Source: Candidatus Zhuqueibacterota bacterium (GTDB taxonomy: Bacteria; Zhuqueibacterota; Zhuqueibacteria; Thermofontimicrobiales; Thermofontimicrobiaceae). Taken from it: 64,000 bases of DNA. Location of the stretch: positions 100,318 to 164,317 of the forward strand of contig JBMOPW010000003.1 in assembly GCA_049322915.1 (NCBI GenBank). Reading direction: 5' to 3'. Under the pieces are notes generated by a model. That model did no database searches. It was not told the origin of the DNA and saw only the letters and a program-made list of their open reading frames with translations. A program made the position numbers and the translations under genes. This document shows positions 41,218 to 50,463 of the stretch, piece by piece. How positions within the stretch are numbered: position 1 is the first letter of the stretch; the number at the start of each line of letters is the position of its first letter.

Positions 41218-44200
41218 ATGTTTCTCATGAGTTTTGTGCCGGATCATTTCATTAGTTCAAAACTCCTTCGGAAGAATCGCGACGTTTGGCGCAAGGCGGC
41301 GGTGATACTTGCATTGAGCACAACATTCCTTGCACCAGGAACGCTCAGCGCGCAACAAATACGCATCATGCCATTGGGCGATTCCATCACGCACGGCGAG
41401 CACGGCTCCACACCCATCGGCGGGTTTCGCGATGATCTGGCAGATATGCTTCTCGATGAAGGTATCGATTTCGATCTGGTCGGCACGCTGCATGATGGCA
41501 CCGAGGGCTATCCCCGGCACGAAGGCCATCCCGGTGAAACAGCCCGATATTTGGCCGCGAACATCAACTATTGGCTGAACCAGACCTATCCGGACATCGT
41601 GCTTCTGCACATCGGCACCAATGACATCAATTCCCGTTACTCCAATACTACCATCCGCAACGACATTGAAACGCTCATCGAAAACATCTGGGATTACGAT
41701 CCCAATATCCCGGTGCTGTTGTGCAGCCTCATTCCGCGAGACGACAGCTACAACAGCATCAACACAGATCTGTGCCGGCTCATTCATCAGCTCACGCTGG
41801 AAAAACAGACCGAAGGTAAAGCCATCCGCTATGTAGGCCAGAATGAAATTTGGATCACCAATTACAGTTGGGCCAATGATTACCTGTACGATGCTTTTCA
41901 CCCGAACAATAGCGGCTATTACGTCATGGCCGACGTCTATTTCAGCATTCTCATGAATCAAATCACCGGCACGAGCCAATTCATCACTGACAATTTTAAC
42001 CGCGCCCGTCTGAACATGATTTGGGAAAAATTTGATCCGTATGTGATTTCATCGGATAAACTGACCACTGCATCCGGCGGCAATTACTGGTGGAAGCCGG
42101 CGGTGTACGCCGCTGAAATGGACCCCATTGCTGTCGCGTTTCGCTGGGGCAGCAATGTCAATCCTGCGCTCGATGGCAATGCCGGCCTGGCGCTGCACAT
42201 TCAGGATCACAGTCCCAATTCCAACGGCTACCTTGTCTACAAAGAAAGCGCGACCGGCAATTTGAAACTACACTTTCTCAGCAACGGCGTCGTGGGCGCA
42301 TTGATCGACGAAGCGCCGGGTCTTCAAAGCACTCCGGCGACCGGGGATCGATTCGCCGTTTCCACTTACAGCGATGATCAGGGGCTTCATTTCACCTGCT
42401 TCACCGGGGAAAATTACGATGGCGATCTCATCGACCCGACCAATAGCTACGGCGAAGGCGACGAACAATTCGCCGGCGTTATGCTCGCCGGCACAGCGAA
42501 CAACATCGTCGATGATTTTCAACTCATTCATGTCGCCGGGAGCGCGGCGCGAATCCACGCGATGTCCGGCGACGAACAACAGGGCGATCCTGAAACGCAA
42601 TTAGCCGATTCCCTGGTCGTACTCGTCACCGATGACAACGGCATTCCCATTTCCGGCATCCCGGTCTCGTTTCAGGTCACCCAGGGTGACGCCATCATCG
42701 AGGAACCCGAAGCTGCCAACCATTTTGAATTCGAAGCGGAGTATGGCGAGGTCACCTATCCCATGCAAATCCTCAACGACGCCAATGCTTCCAATGGCCA
42801 GTACGTGGAAGTGCCGCAGGAGTATGCGGACGACTCCGCCGCCAAAGTTGTCTTTCAATTCACTGTCGCCGAAGCTGGAAATTTTGTCGTTTGGGGACGC
42901 GTTAAATCGGCCGGGGATACGCACGATTCGTTCAAAGTGATTATGGATCAGCAGTCGGAAATTGTATGGCACATCTCAGGAAAAACAAATTGGACCTGGG
43001 ACGAGGTGTACATTTACGCCGGCGAAGATCCTAAAATCTTCTACCTCTCTCCGGGGACGCACACGCTCACCATTAAAAATCGCGAATGGGCGTCCAAACT
43101 GGACAAGGTCGTCATCACAAGCGACCTGGACTACAACCCCAATCAATTGAAAAAAACGACGCTCACTTATCATGTCACCGATGCGTCAGGCCGCGCCCAT
43201 GCGTTTGTCATGCTGGGCGAAACGCCGGGCGAGGTTAAAATCAATGCCAGTTCGCCCGATTTTTCGGATTACACGGTATTTTCCGCAACGGTGCTCACTG
43301 AACAGATCCCAACCAGCCTGACTATTATTGAAGGCAACAATCAGGTTGGACTCCCGGGCGCGACGCTCCCTGTTCCATTGACCGTGGAAGTCCGGGACGC
43401 TGCGAATAGTCCAGTCACCAATCTCTCCGTGAATTTTGAAATCACACAGGGAGTCGGGGCCAGCCTCAGCGCCGCCCAGCCAATGCGCACAAACGCCCAG
43501 GGAAGAGCCTCAACCTCGTTGACGCTGGGCTCTGCTTACGGTACCTATGCCGTTCGCGCGAGTTGCCCCGGCTATTCGGTCGCGCCGGTCACATTTCAGG
43601 CAACGGCGACCAGCGCTGTCCTGACCATCTCCGGCGACTGCATTTATTATGAAGACAATCTTGCCATTCCCGATGTGACAGTGAAAACCTCCGGCTCCTC
43701 TGTGGTAACCGCCACTACCAATAGCCAGGGATTCTATCAATTGCAGGGATTAACTATCAACGGCAATTACACCGCCTCGCCGCAGCGGACGCCTTTCACA
43801 GACTGGAACTCGCATCTCATCACCACCTATCAGGCCGCGCTCACGTTGCGCCAGGCGGTCGGGCTGGAGCAATTCAGCGCCAACCGGATCAAGGCCGCTG
43901 ATGTGGATCTGGGCGGAACCGTCACTGCTTTCGATGCGGCGCTCATCGCCCAGTTTGCTGTCGGAATTACCGATCATGCGGATTCCCACGTCGGGGAATG
44001 GGCATTCATTCCGGGATTTCGCTCCTATTTCGGGTTGAATGCTAACATTGAAAATCAGGATTACATCGGAATTCTATTGGGAGATGTTACCGGCGACTGG
44101 AATGATACCTATGGAACGAAGAAAACGAATTCCGGCCAGCCATTGGTCTGTTTCGACCCGCCAACGCTGAATCCGGATTTGACTGTGACCATTCCCATTC

Positions 44201-44796
44201 AGATCGGCCAGCCGCAGGATGTGCTCTCGTGGCAGATTCACATTGTCTGCGACCCGGCCACAACCGAGTTCGTCGATCTGCGCGCCGCCTCCGCGGATGA
44301 GAATTGGCTGAAAAATGAAAATCGGACGGCGAATGACATTCATTATGGCATGTACAGGTCCGAGCCTGTCAGGTGCGATGATGCGCTGGCGCTGCTGACG
44401 CTCCGTCTCAAAAATCCGGCGACGCATCGCATCACGCTGGAAATCCCATATTTCCAGATCAACAATCAGCCGGCGCAGCAAGGCATGGCCGCGATCGATC
44501 TCGACAGCCACCTGCCGGACAGCTTTGTCCTGTTGCAGAATTACCCGAACCCATTTAATCCGGCGACAACGATCCTTTACCAACTCCCGGCGACAGGCTA
44601 TGTAGAGATGGAAATTTTCAATCTCAGCGGCCAAAAAGTGGCTACGCTCATTGCCGGGGAAAAACAGGCCGGCGCGCATCAGATTTTCTGGGACGGTAAA
44701 GACCAGTCGGGCGCTTCGCTGCCGAGCGGATTGTACTTCTGCAATTTGCATTACGGCAAAGAAGTGAAGACCATTCGCCTGTTGAAAGTCAAATGA
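41218..44796 (+). CDS. secreted SGNH/GDSL hydrolase with Ig-like, carbohydrate-binding-like and dockerin-like modules and FlgD-Ig/T9SS-like C-terminal domain
   Basis: MPLGDSITHG, HIGTND, DAFHPN; ADVDLGGTVTAFDAALI; QNYPNPFNP. Confidence 0.88.
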   Translation: MFLMSFVPDHFISSKLLRKNRDVWRKAAVILALSTTFLAPGTLSAQQIRIMPLGDSITHGEHGSTPIGGFRDDLADMLLDEGIDFDLVGTLHDGTEGYPRHEGHPGETARYLAANINYWLNQTYPDIVLLHIGTNDINSRYSNTTIRNDIETLIENIWDYDPNIPVLLCSLIPRDDSYNSINTDLCRLIHQLTLEKQTEGKAIRYVGQNEIWITNYSWANDYLYDAFHPNNSGYYVMADVYFSILMNQITGTSQFITDNFNRARLNMIWEKFDPYVISSDKLTTASGGNYWWKPAVYAAEMDPIAVAFRWGSNVNPALDGNAGLALHIQDHSPNSNGYLVYKESATGNLKLHFLSNGVVGALIDEAPGLQSTPATGDRFAVSTYSDDQGLHFTCFTGENYDGDLIDPTNSYGEGDEQFAGVMLAGTANNIVDDFQLIHVAGSAARIHAMSGDEQQGDPETQLADSLVVLVTDDNGIPISGIPVSFQVTQGDAIIEEPEAANHFEFEAEYGEVTYPMQILNDANASNGQYVEVPQEYADDSAAKVVFQFTVAEAGNFVVWGRVKSAGDTHDSFKVIMDQQSEIVWHISGKTNWTWDEVYIYAGEDPKIFYLSPGTHTLTIKNREWASKLDKVVITSDLDYNPNQLKKTTLTYHVTDASGRAHAFVMLGETPGEVKINASSPDFSDYTVFSATVLTEQIPTSLTIIEGNNQVGLPGATLPVPLTVEVRDAANSPVTNLSVNFEITQGVGASLSAAQPMRTNAQGRASTSLTLGSAYGTYAVRASCPGYSVAPVTFQATATSAVLTISGDCIYYEDNLAIPDVTVKTSGSSVVTATTNSQGFYQLQGLTINGNYTASPQRTPFTDWNSHLITTYQAALTLRQAVGLEQFSANRIKAADVDLGGTVTAFDAALIAQFAVGITDHADSHVGEWAFIPGFRSYFGLNANIENQDYIGILLGDVTGDWNDTYGTKKTNSGQPLVCFDPPTLNPDLTVTIPIQIGQPQDVLSWQIHIVCDPATTEFVDLRAASADENWLKNENRTANDIHYGMYRSEPVRCDDALALLTLRLKNPATHRITLEIPYFQINNQPAQQGMAAIDLDSHLPDSFVLLQNYPNPFNPATTILYQLPATGYVEMEIFNLSGQKVATLIAGEKQAGAHQIFWDGKDQSGASLPSGLYFCNLHYGKEVKTIRLLKVK

Positions 44797-45106
44797 TGGG
44801 AATGACTTCTATCGCCAAAATCTTCAACTGAATTTTATTGAATTCAGGAGTCTTCGATTTGATTGTTCGCACGAGCGCTTCGGCTGAGTCAGGCCGGAGC
44901 GACTCGTCGCTGTTGATCAGAGATATTTAAAATTTCCCCTCACACACAACACATTTCTGAATCACCCGGTTGCGCAACAACGTTCGCCCGCCCCAGTTCC
45001 CTGGCTCACGATGATCAGGTTTTCCTTGATTTTAGAGCCGCGATTCCGTATATTCACTTCCGAAAATCCTACGAAAACCAAACACGTTAACAGGACAGTC
45101 CCGCAC

Positions 45107-46015
45107 ATGGAAACGAAACCAAAACCCAACCTGGGTTTCATCGGCCTCGGTATCATGGGCAAGCCCATGGCTAAAAATCTCATCAAGGCCGGCTATCGGC
45201 TGGTTTGCTACAATCGCAGCGCGCCGGCTGTGACAGAATTAGTCGATTACGGCGCCACTGCCGCCGACTCGTCCGGGCAGGTTGCCCGGCAGAGCGACGT
45301 GATTATCACCATGCTGCCCAACTCGCCTGACGTGGAGTCGGTCATTTTAGGGCCGAACGGCGTTCTGGCCGGCGCCAGCGCCGGGGCGATCATTATTGAC
45401 ATGAGTTCCATAGAGCCGACCGTGTCCCAAAAAATCGCCGCGTGCGCCGGAGAAAAAGGCGTCGCGTTTCTGGATGCGCCGGTGAGTGGAGGCGAGATTG
45501 GTGCTATCGAAGGGCAACTGGCCATTATGGTCGGCGGTGACCAGGCCACGTTTGACGCCTGCCTGGATATCTTTCATACGCTCGGCAAGAGTGTGGTTCG
45601 GGTGGGCGATGTTGGCGCCGGCGGTTACGCCAAACTGGCCAACCAGATCATCGTGGCCATCAATATTGCTGCGGTTTCCGAGGCGTTTGTATTGGGTCAG
45701 AAAGCCGGGCTCAATCCAGCCAGGCTGCTCGAAGCAATTCGCGGCGGACTGGCTGGCAGCCATGTCCTTGATATCAAAATGCCGCCCATCATGGACCGGC
45801 AATTTGCGCCGGGATTCCGGATCGACCTGCACAACAAGGACATCAAAAATGCGCTGAAGACGGCGGACAGCCTGGATGCACCGTTGCCGCTGACCAGCCT
45901 GATTCAGACAATCCTTGCCTCGCTGATCGCTGAAGGCAAGGGCAAATTGGATCATTCGGCCATCATTCAATTCACGGAAAAATTAGCACATGTCGAAGTC
46001 AGAAAGGATCAATGA
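45107..46015 (+). CDS. garR: 2-hydroxy-3-oxopropionate reductase (tartronate semialdehyde reductase family)
   Basis: GFIGLGIMGKPMAKNL, DAPVSGGE, KLANQIIVA, IRGGLAGS, PGFRIDLHNKD. Confidence 0.85.
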   Translation: METKPKPNLGFIGLGIMGKPMAKNLIKAGYRLVCYNRSAPAVTELVDYGATAADSSGQVARQSDVIITMLPNSPDVESVILGPNGVLAGASAGAIIIDMSSIEPTVSQKIAACAGEKGVAFLDAPVSGGEIGAIEGQLAIMVGGDQATFDACLDIFHTLGKSVVRVGDVGAGGYAKLANQIIVAINIAAVSEAFVLGQKAGLNPARLLEAIRGGLAGSHVLDIKMPPIMDRQFAPGFRIDLHNKDIKNALKTADSLDAPLPLTSLIQTILASLIAEGKGKLDHSAIIQFTEKLAHVEVRKDQ

Positions 46016-47100
46016 GCATGGAACCACTGGGCGTAGCAATCATTGGCGCTGGCGGCATATCGGTCGCCCACGCTGAGTCATTCGGGCAATTCGGCGACCG
46101 CGTCAAAGTGATGGCATTCTCGGACGTGGATTTGGACAGGGCGAAAGCGCGCGCCGGCCAGTACAATGCACCCATCGCCGTAACGGACTATTCAGAGCTG
46201 CTAGCTCGGGACGATATTCATATTTTAGCGATTTGCTCGCCGCCGTTCCATCATCTGCAAACCATAACGGACGGCCTGTCCGCCGGAAAACACGTGCTGT
46301 GCGAAAAGCCCATTGTGCTGAATCTGGCGGAACTGGATCGCGTCCAGAAGTTTGTGGATGAAACCGGCCTAACATTCGCCGGCGCGTTTCAATGGCGCTT
46401 CGGCACCAGCGTGCAGCAGGCGAAAGACCTGTACGATAACGGCATGTTCGGCAAGGTCGTCTATGCCACCAATACCATGCACTGGCATCGCACTCAGGAT
46501 TATTTCGATGTGGACTGGCGCCATACCTGGGCCAAATCCGGCGGCGGCATCATTTTCACGCTGGCCTGTCACGGCATGGATGCGCTCATGTACATCCTGG
46601 GCGACATCGAGGCGGTTTCTGCGGAAATGGATGCGTTGAAATATAACATCGAAATTGAGGACACCGGCAGCGTGATCATGCGGTTTCAGAACCGCGCCAT
46701 TGGCGCGATCAACGCCACGGTGAATGCCCAAAAACAGCGCAGCGTGCTGGAGGTGATCGGCACGAAATTAGAGGCGATCTCGTCCGACGATCCTTATTGC
46801 GTGGCCTACGAACCCTGGCAATTCCGTTCCATCGACGCTGAATACGAGAAACTGGTTCATGAATTTTTATCCCGGCAGCATTACACCCATGTGCCAGCCG
46901 GGCATCAGCGGTTGGTGAAGGATTTTGTTGAAGCCATCTGGGAGAAGCGGCAGCCGAAAATTAATATCGATGAAATCCGAAAATCGCTGCAAGTGCTCAC
47001 TGCCATTTTCAAATCGAACCGACTCGGCCGGCGAATTGAACTGCCGATTCAACGGGATGATCCGTTCTACGCCAGTCTGAATCCGAAATCGCACTCATAA
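46012..47100 (+). CDS. Gfo/Idh/MocA family oxidoreductase
   Basis: IIGAGGI, GKHVLCEKP, WR...SGGG...H. Confidence 0.9.
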   Translation: MSMEPLGVAIIGAGGISVAHAESFGQFGDRVKVMAFSDVDLDRAKARAGQYNAPIAVTDYSELLARDDIHILAICSPPFHHLQTITDGLSAGKHVLCEKPIVLNLAELDRVQKFVDETGLTFAGAFQWRFGTSVQQAKDLYDNGMFGKVVYATNTMHWHRTQDYFDVDWRHTWAKSGGGIIFTLACHGMDALMYILGDIEAVSAEMDALKYNIEIEDTGSVIMRFQNRAIGAINATVNAQKQRSVLEVIGTKLEAISSDDPYCVAYEPWQFRSIDAEYEKLVHEFLSRQHYTHVPAGHQRLVKDFVEAIWEKRQPKINIDEIRKSLQVLTAIFKSNRLGRRIELPIQRDDPFYASLNPKSHS

Positions 47101-47178
47101 AAAAAGGACACCCTCCCTGCGATGTCCTTTTGCGTTGAAAACCTGTCAACCCTCTTCGTCTTGCCGGAGAGGGTTTTT
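47101..47178. terminator. hairpin terminators between convergent genes
   Basis: AAAAGGACA...TGTCCTTTT and AACCCTCT...AGAGGGTTTTT. Confidence 0.65.
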
Positions 47179-47179
47179 G

Positions 47180-48202
47180 TTACAAACTATTGATCGAAAT
47201 GCTGCCGCCGGAAGTTCGCAGAAAGACCAACGGGCCCCCGCCATTGACCTGACCGTTCAGTTCATTCTTTTTGATCACCCCTTTGACCGTCACGGGGAAA
47301 TCCGTACTCACGCGTCCGCCGGATGTTCTGGCGTCGATGTTCACAGCGATATCTGCCGGGAGGATTAGCTTGATTCCTCCGCCGGATGTTTTCAGGCTGC
47401 ATTCGCTATCAATTTTCCCGGTGATCCTGGCATAAATACTGCCGCCGGATGTTTTTCCATTGACAGAGCCGGATACGTTTTCGAAATTTAAACTTCCGCC
47501 GGACGTGTAGGCCTCGGCATTGCCAGTCACCCGGTCCAGCGTTATGCCGCCCCCTGAAGTCTGGGCGTAAATCGAGCCCTTCGTCTCTCCGACGGAAATA
47601 CTGCCCCCGGACGTTCGCACATCCACATCACCGTCTGCACCGGCCACTGAGATGCTTCCACCTGAAGTATTCGCCTTCACCGGCCCTTTGACATCCCCAA
47701 TTCGGATGGATCCTCCGGACGTATTCAAATCGATGGCGCCTGTCAAATCAGCGACTTCGATGCTTCCGCCGGATGTGGTAATATCCAGGTCAAACTCCCG
47801 CGGCACCAAAATATCGAAGCGGATTCGCACGCGGTTGAAACCGCTCAGCCAGCGCGGCGACCCGGTGTATTCGCCAAAGACTTGCACGCCGCGACTGTCC
47901 TGGTCGAATGTGACTTCGAAATTATCGAATATCCGTTCGACATCCCGCCTGCTGGCATTCTCGTCATCAAATACGACTTCAATTCTCACTTCCCGCCTGT
48001 CCCAGGTATTGACCTTCACTGAGCCGAGGTCGGATTTCAGAAACAGCAATTGCCCATTCGCCACATCGAAGCTTTTCACAATTTTTTCACGCTGGCTTGA
48101 GGAAAGAGGATCGCTTTTTTCAGCCGCAGAGAGCGAGGCGACACACAAAGAAACCACGACTAAACTGATGAACCATCGTTTCAAATACGTTTTCATTTTC
48201 AC
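47180..48202 (-). CDS. DUF4097 family beta-strand repeat protein
   Basis: Signal peptide; many TSGGSI repeats. Confidence 0.88.
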   Translation of the reverse strand: MKMKTYLKRWFISLVVVSLCVASLSAAEKSDPLSSSQREKIVKSFDVANGQLLFLKSDLGSVKVNTWDRREVRIEVVFDDENASRRDVERIFDNFEVTFDQDSRGVQVFGEYTGSPRWLSGFNRVRIRFDILVPREFDLDITTSGGSIEVADLTGAIDLNTSGGSIRIGDVKGPVKANTSGGSISVAGADGDVDVRTSGGSISVGETKGSIYAQTSGGGITLDRVTGNAEAYTSGGSLNFENVSGSVNGKTSGGSIYARITGKIDSECSLKTSGGGIKLILPADIAVNIDARTSGGRVSTDFPVTVKGVIKKNELNGQVNGGGPLVFLRTSGGSISINSL

Positions 48203-48449
48203 TTCTCCTGGTTAAAATTAAGTTGTGAAAATTTGTACGGCAGGCCACCGGGAAAGTTGCCCTGTCGGAAAAATCAATACAAATTTTTTCCACCCACCCG
48301 GAGGAATGGTCGAATGCGCAAATCCCTTCCTATGCATGATGTCGGGTTCAGGAATCCAATCCGGCATGGTCATTGGCCCGGCCGGGGCCGGGCCGGCGCG
48401 TGTGATTCGCGCTCAACGAACCGCTCCGAATGACGTCTGTTTCTCCAAA

Positions 48450-48492
48450 GAAAAACGCCCGGCAACAATTCGTGAATGTGTTGCCGGGCGCG
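48450..48492 (-). terminator. rho-independent terminator
   Basis: CGCCCGGCAACA...TGTTGCCGGGCG followed by TTTT on the minus strand. Confidence 0.7.
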
Positions 48493-48520
48493 CTAAATTC
48501 AATTGGAACTTTTAATCAGC

Positions 48521-50452
48521 TTACAGCCGCCGAATAAAAATGATATTATCCTCCATCTCAATGGTGTATTTGATGGACGAAGTAAGATCGATCACCACTC
48601 GCGAGAATTTTTGTTCCGGATGATACCCTAACCGCGCCCTGACGAACGGCCCGCGCAGCAGGTCGAAGGTGGTTTCGGCCGGCAGCAGGTAAATGCCATT
48701 GAAATCCAGAACGATTCTGTTGGGCTGCGACATCATGGTATCGGTAAATTGTACCCTGCCGTTGCAGGTGATTTTCAACGTGCTGTCATCGACAGCCTCC
48801 ACGAATTTGATGGCCGAGCCGTCCGGAATCGGCGGCGCATTCTGATTGGTGTAAATCATAAAGTCCACGCGGCGATTTCTGAAACGGCCTTCCTCGGTCG
48901 CATTCGTGGCAATCGGTCGCAATTCGCCATAGCCGATGGGCATGAAGAATCGCATGAGCGTTACACTTTCGCGCGAGGTGAGAAAATCGATGACACTGTC
49001 TACCCGGCGCTGGGACAATCGAATATTGTATTCATCCGAGCCGATGAAATCGGTATGCCCGGAAATGAAGATTTTACATTCAGGATAGGTGTTCAGGATT
49101 TGTCCCACCTGAGTCATAGTCGGATACTCTTCGGGCCGAATCAATGCTTTGTCAAAATCGAAATTAATGCGCATCGTCACCAGCACACTGTCACTCGGCG
49201 CTTCGGAAACGACCTCAATTTTGCCCTTGCTCTCTTTGGCGATTTGCTGAACGCGTTCCAGTCGGCTCTGCATTTCCTGTTCAAGCGCCCGCGTACGTTT
49301 TTCAGTCTCTTCAGTGGCCAATCGGGCTTTCTCCGCTGCGGATAGTTCTTTCTGCAATTCCTCTTTCAGCTTGGACAGTTCCTTTTCCGCGTCCGCAGTG
49401 ACGCCCATTGCATGCAATTGCGTGGTTGTTCCAAACGCAAACACCAGTGAGAACCGATGCGTTGAACCATCGAACGCATCGAGCGGTGTGAAGGCATAGT
49501 CCAGCCGCGTCTGCGAATTGCCAAGCCATTGCATGGGAATTACCAGTCCCATGCCAATGCCCCACCGGTTCGCTTCGTAATCGTGGAATTTATATCCGCC
49601 GCGAATGGCAATGATATCATTGATGATCAATTCGCTGCCGTAATAAGCGCGGAGATTTTGTTCCACCAGCCAGGCCATATCAACATCCATGTTCATTTTG
49701 AGATAATTTCCAATCGGGAAATGAACGCCCACGCCGGCGCGGTATGTTTCCGGCAATGAATCTTCGTGCTGAAAATACTTCAATTTGGTGATGCCAAAAT
49801 TTTGAATTGTGGCGCCGTAGGATATAAATCGGGACCAGTACAACACGCCCAGATCCAGTCCGAGCGCCGTGGCAGATTGATCCGCAAGATTTTGGCGCAC
49901 AATTTTCAAAGCGCCGCCCAGCGAAACCTTCCGGTTGAAAAAATTGACAAACGACCCATAGCCCAGAGTCAGCGCAATATCGTTGCTGCTCACTTCAGCG
50001 CCGGAAGGGACGAAATTTTCATCGAATTCAGTGACGCTGCCCTCATTGAAATAGGAAAAATCAATGCCGATGATGCCGAATTGGGTTGGCAGTGCCAGGC
50101 CAATAGCGCCCTGCTGCGTGTCTTTTATCCAGTTATGAAAATTAATGCCCAAGAGCGGTTTCTCCACGTTTCCCAATCCGCCGATGTTGTAGCGCAGAAA
50201 GTTGATATCATCAGCCAGCCCGGTGAAGGCATCGCCCATGGCAACTTGGCGGGCGGCTGCGCTCACCTGCAGGAATGACGCCCCATATTTCCCAACGCCT
50301 TTCATGGATTGAGCGGACGCAGTTCCGGCAATGTGCGAGATGATCAGCCCGACGATGGTCAGGCAGAGCCAGCCTGCACTGCCTGCTGAACTACGTTTTA
50401 TCATTTTATTTTTTAAAAAAGATATCATATTCAACATCCATTGTTTGTTCAT
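48521..50452 (-). CDS. PorV/PorQ-like beta-barrel fused to coiled coil, OmpA domain and AMIN-like domain
   Basis: GASFLQVSAAARQVAMGDAFTGLADD; INFDFDKA...GHTD..GSDEYNIRLSQRR...NRRVDF; C-terminal PNRIVLDF...RVVIDL. Confidence 0.85.
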   Translation of the reverse strand: MNKQWMLNMISFLKNKMIKRSSAGSAGWLCLTIVGLIISHIAGTASAQSMKGVGKYGASFLQVSAAARQVAMGDAFTGLADDINFLRYNIGGLGNVEKPLLGINFHNWIKDTQQGAIGLALPTQFGIIGIDFSYFNEGSVTEFDENFVPSGAEVSSNDIALTLGYGSFVNFFNRKVSLGGALKIVRQNLADQSATALGLDLGVLYWSRFISYGATIQNFGITKLKYFQHEDSLPETYRAGVGVHFPIGNYLKMNMDVDMAWLVEQNLRAYYGSELIINDIIAIRGGYKFHDYEANRWGIGMGLVIPMQWLGNSQTRLDYAFTPLDAFDGSTHRFSLVFAFGTTTQLHAMGVTADAEKELSKLKEELQKELSAAEKARLATEETEKRTRALEQEMQSRLERVQQIAKESKGKIEVVSEAPSDSVLVTMRINFDFDKALIRPEEYPTMTQVGQILNTYPECKIFISGHTDFIGSDEYNIRLSQRRVDSVIDFLTSRESVTLMRFFMPIGYGELRPIATNATEEGRFRNRRVDFMIYTNQNAPPIPDGSAIKFVEAVDDSTLKITCNGRVQFTDTMMSQPNRIVLDFNGIYLLPAETTFDLLRGPFVRARLGYHPEQKFSRVVIDLTSSIKYTIEMEDNIIFIRRL

Positions 50453-50463
50453 AATGAAAAAAT

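Noticed and set aside
47180..48000. Repeated CCGCCGGA(T/C)GT DNA motifs
   Set aside because: Explained by TSGG protein repeats of the DUF4097 gene
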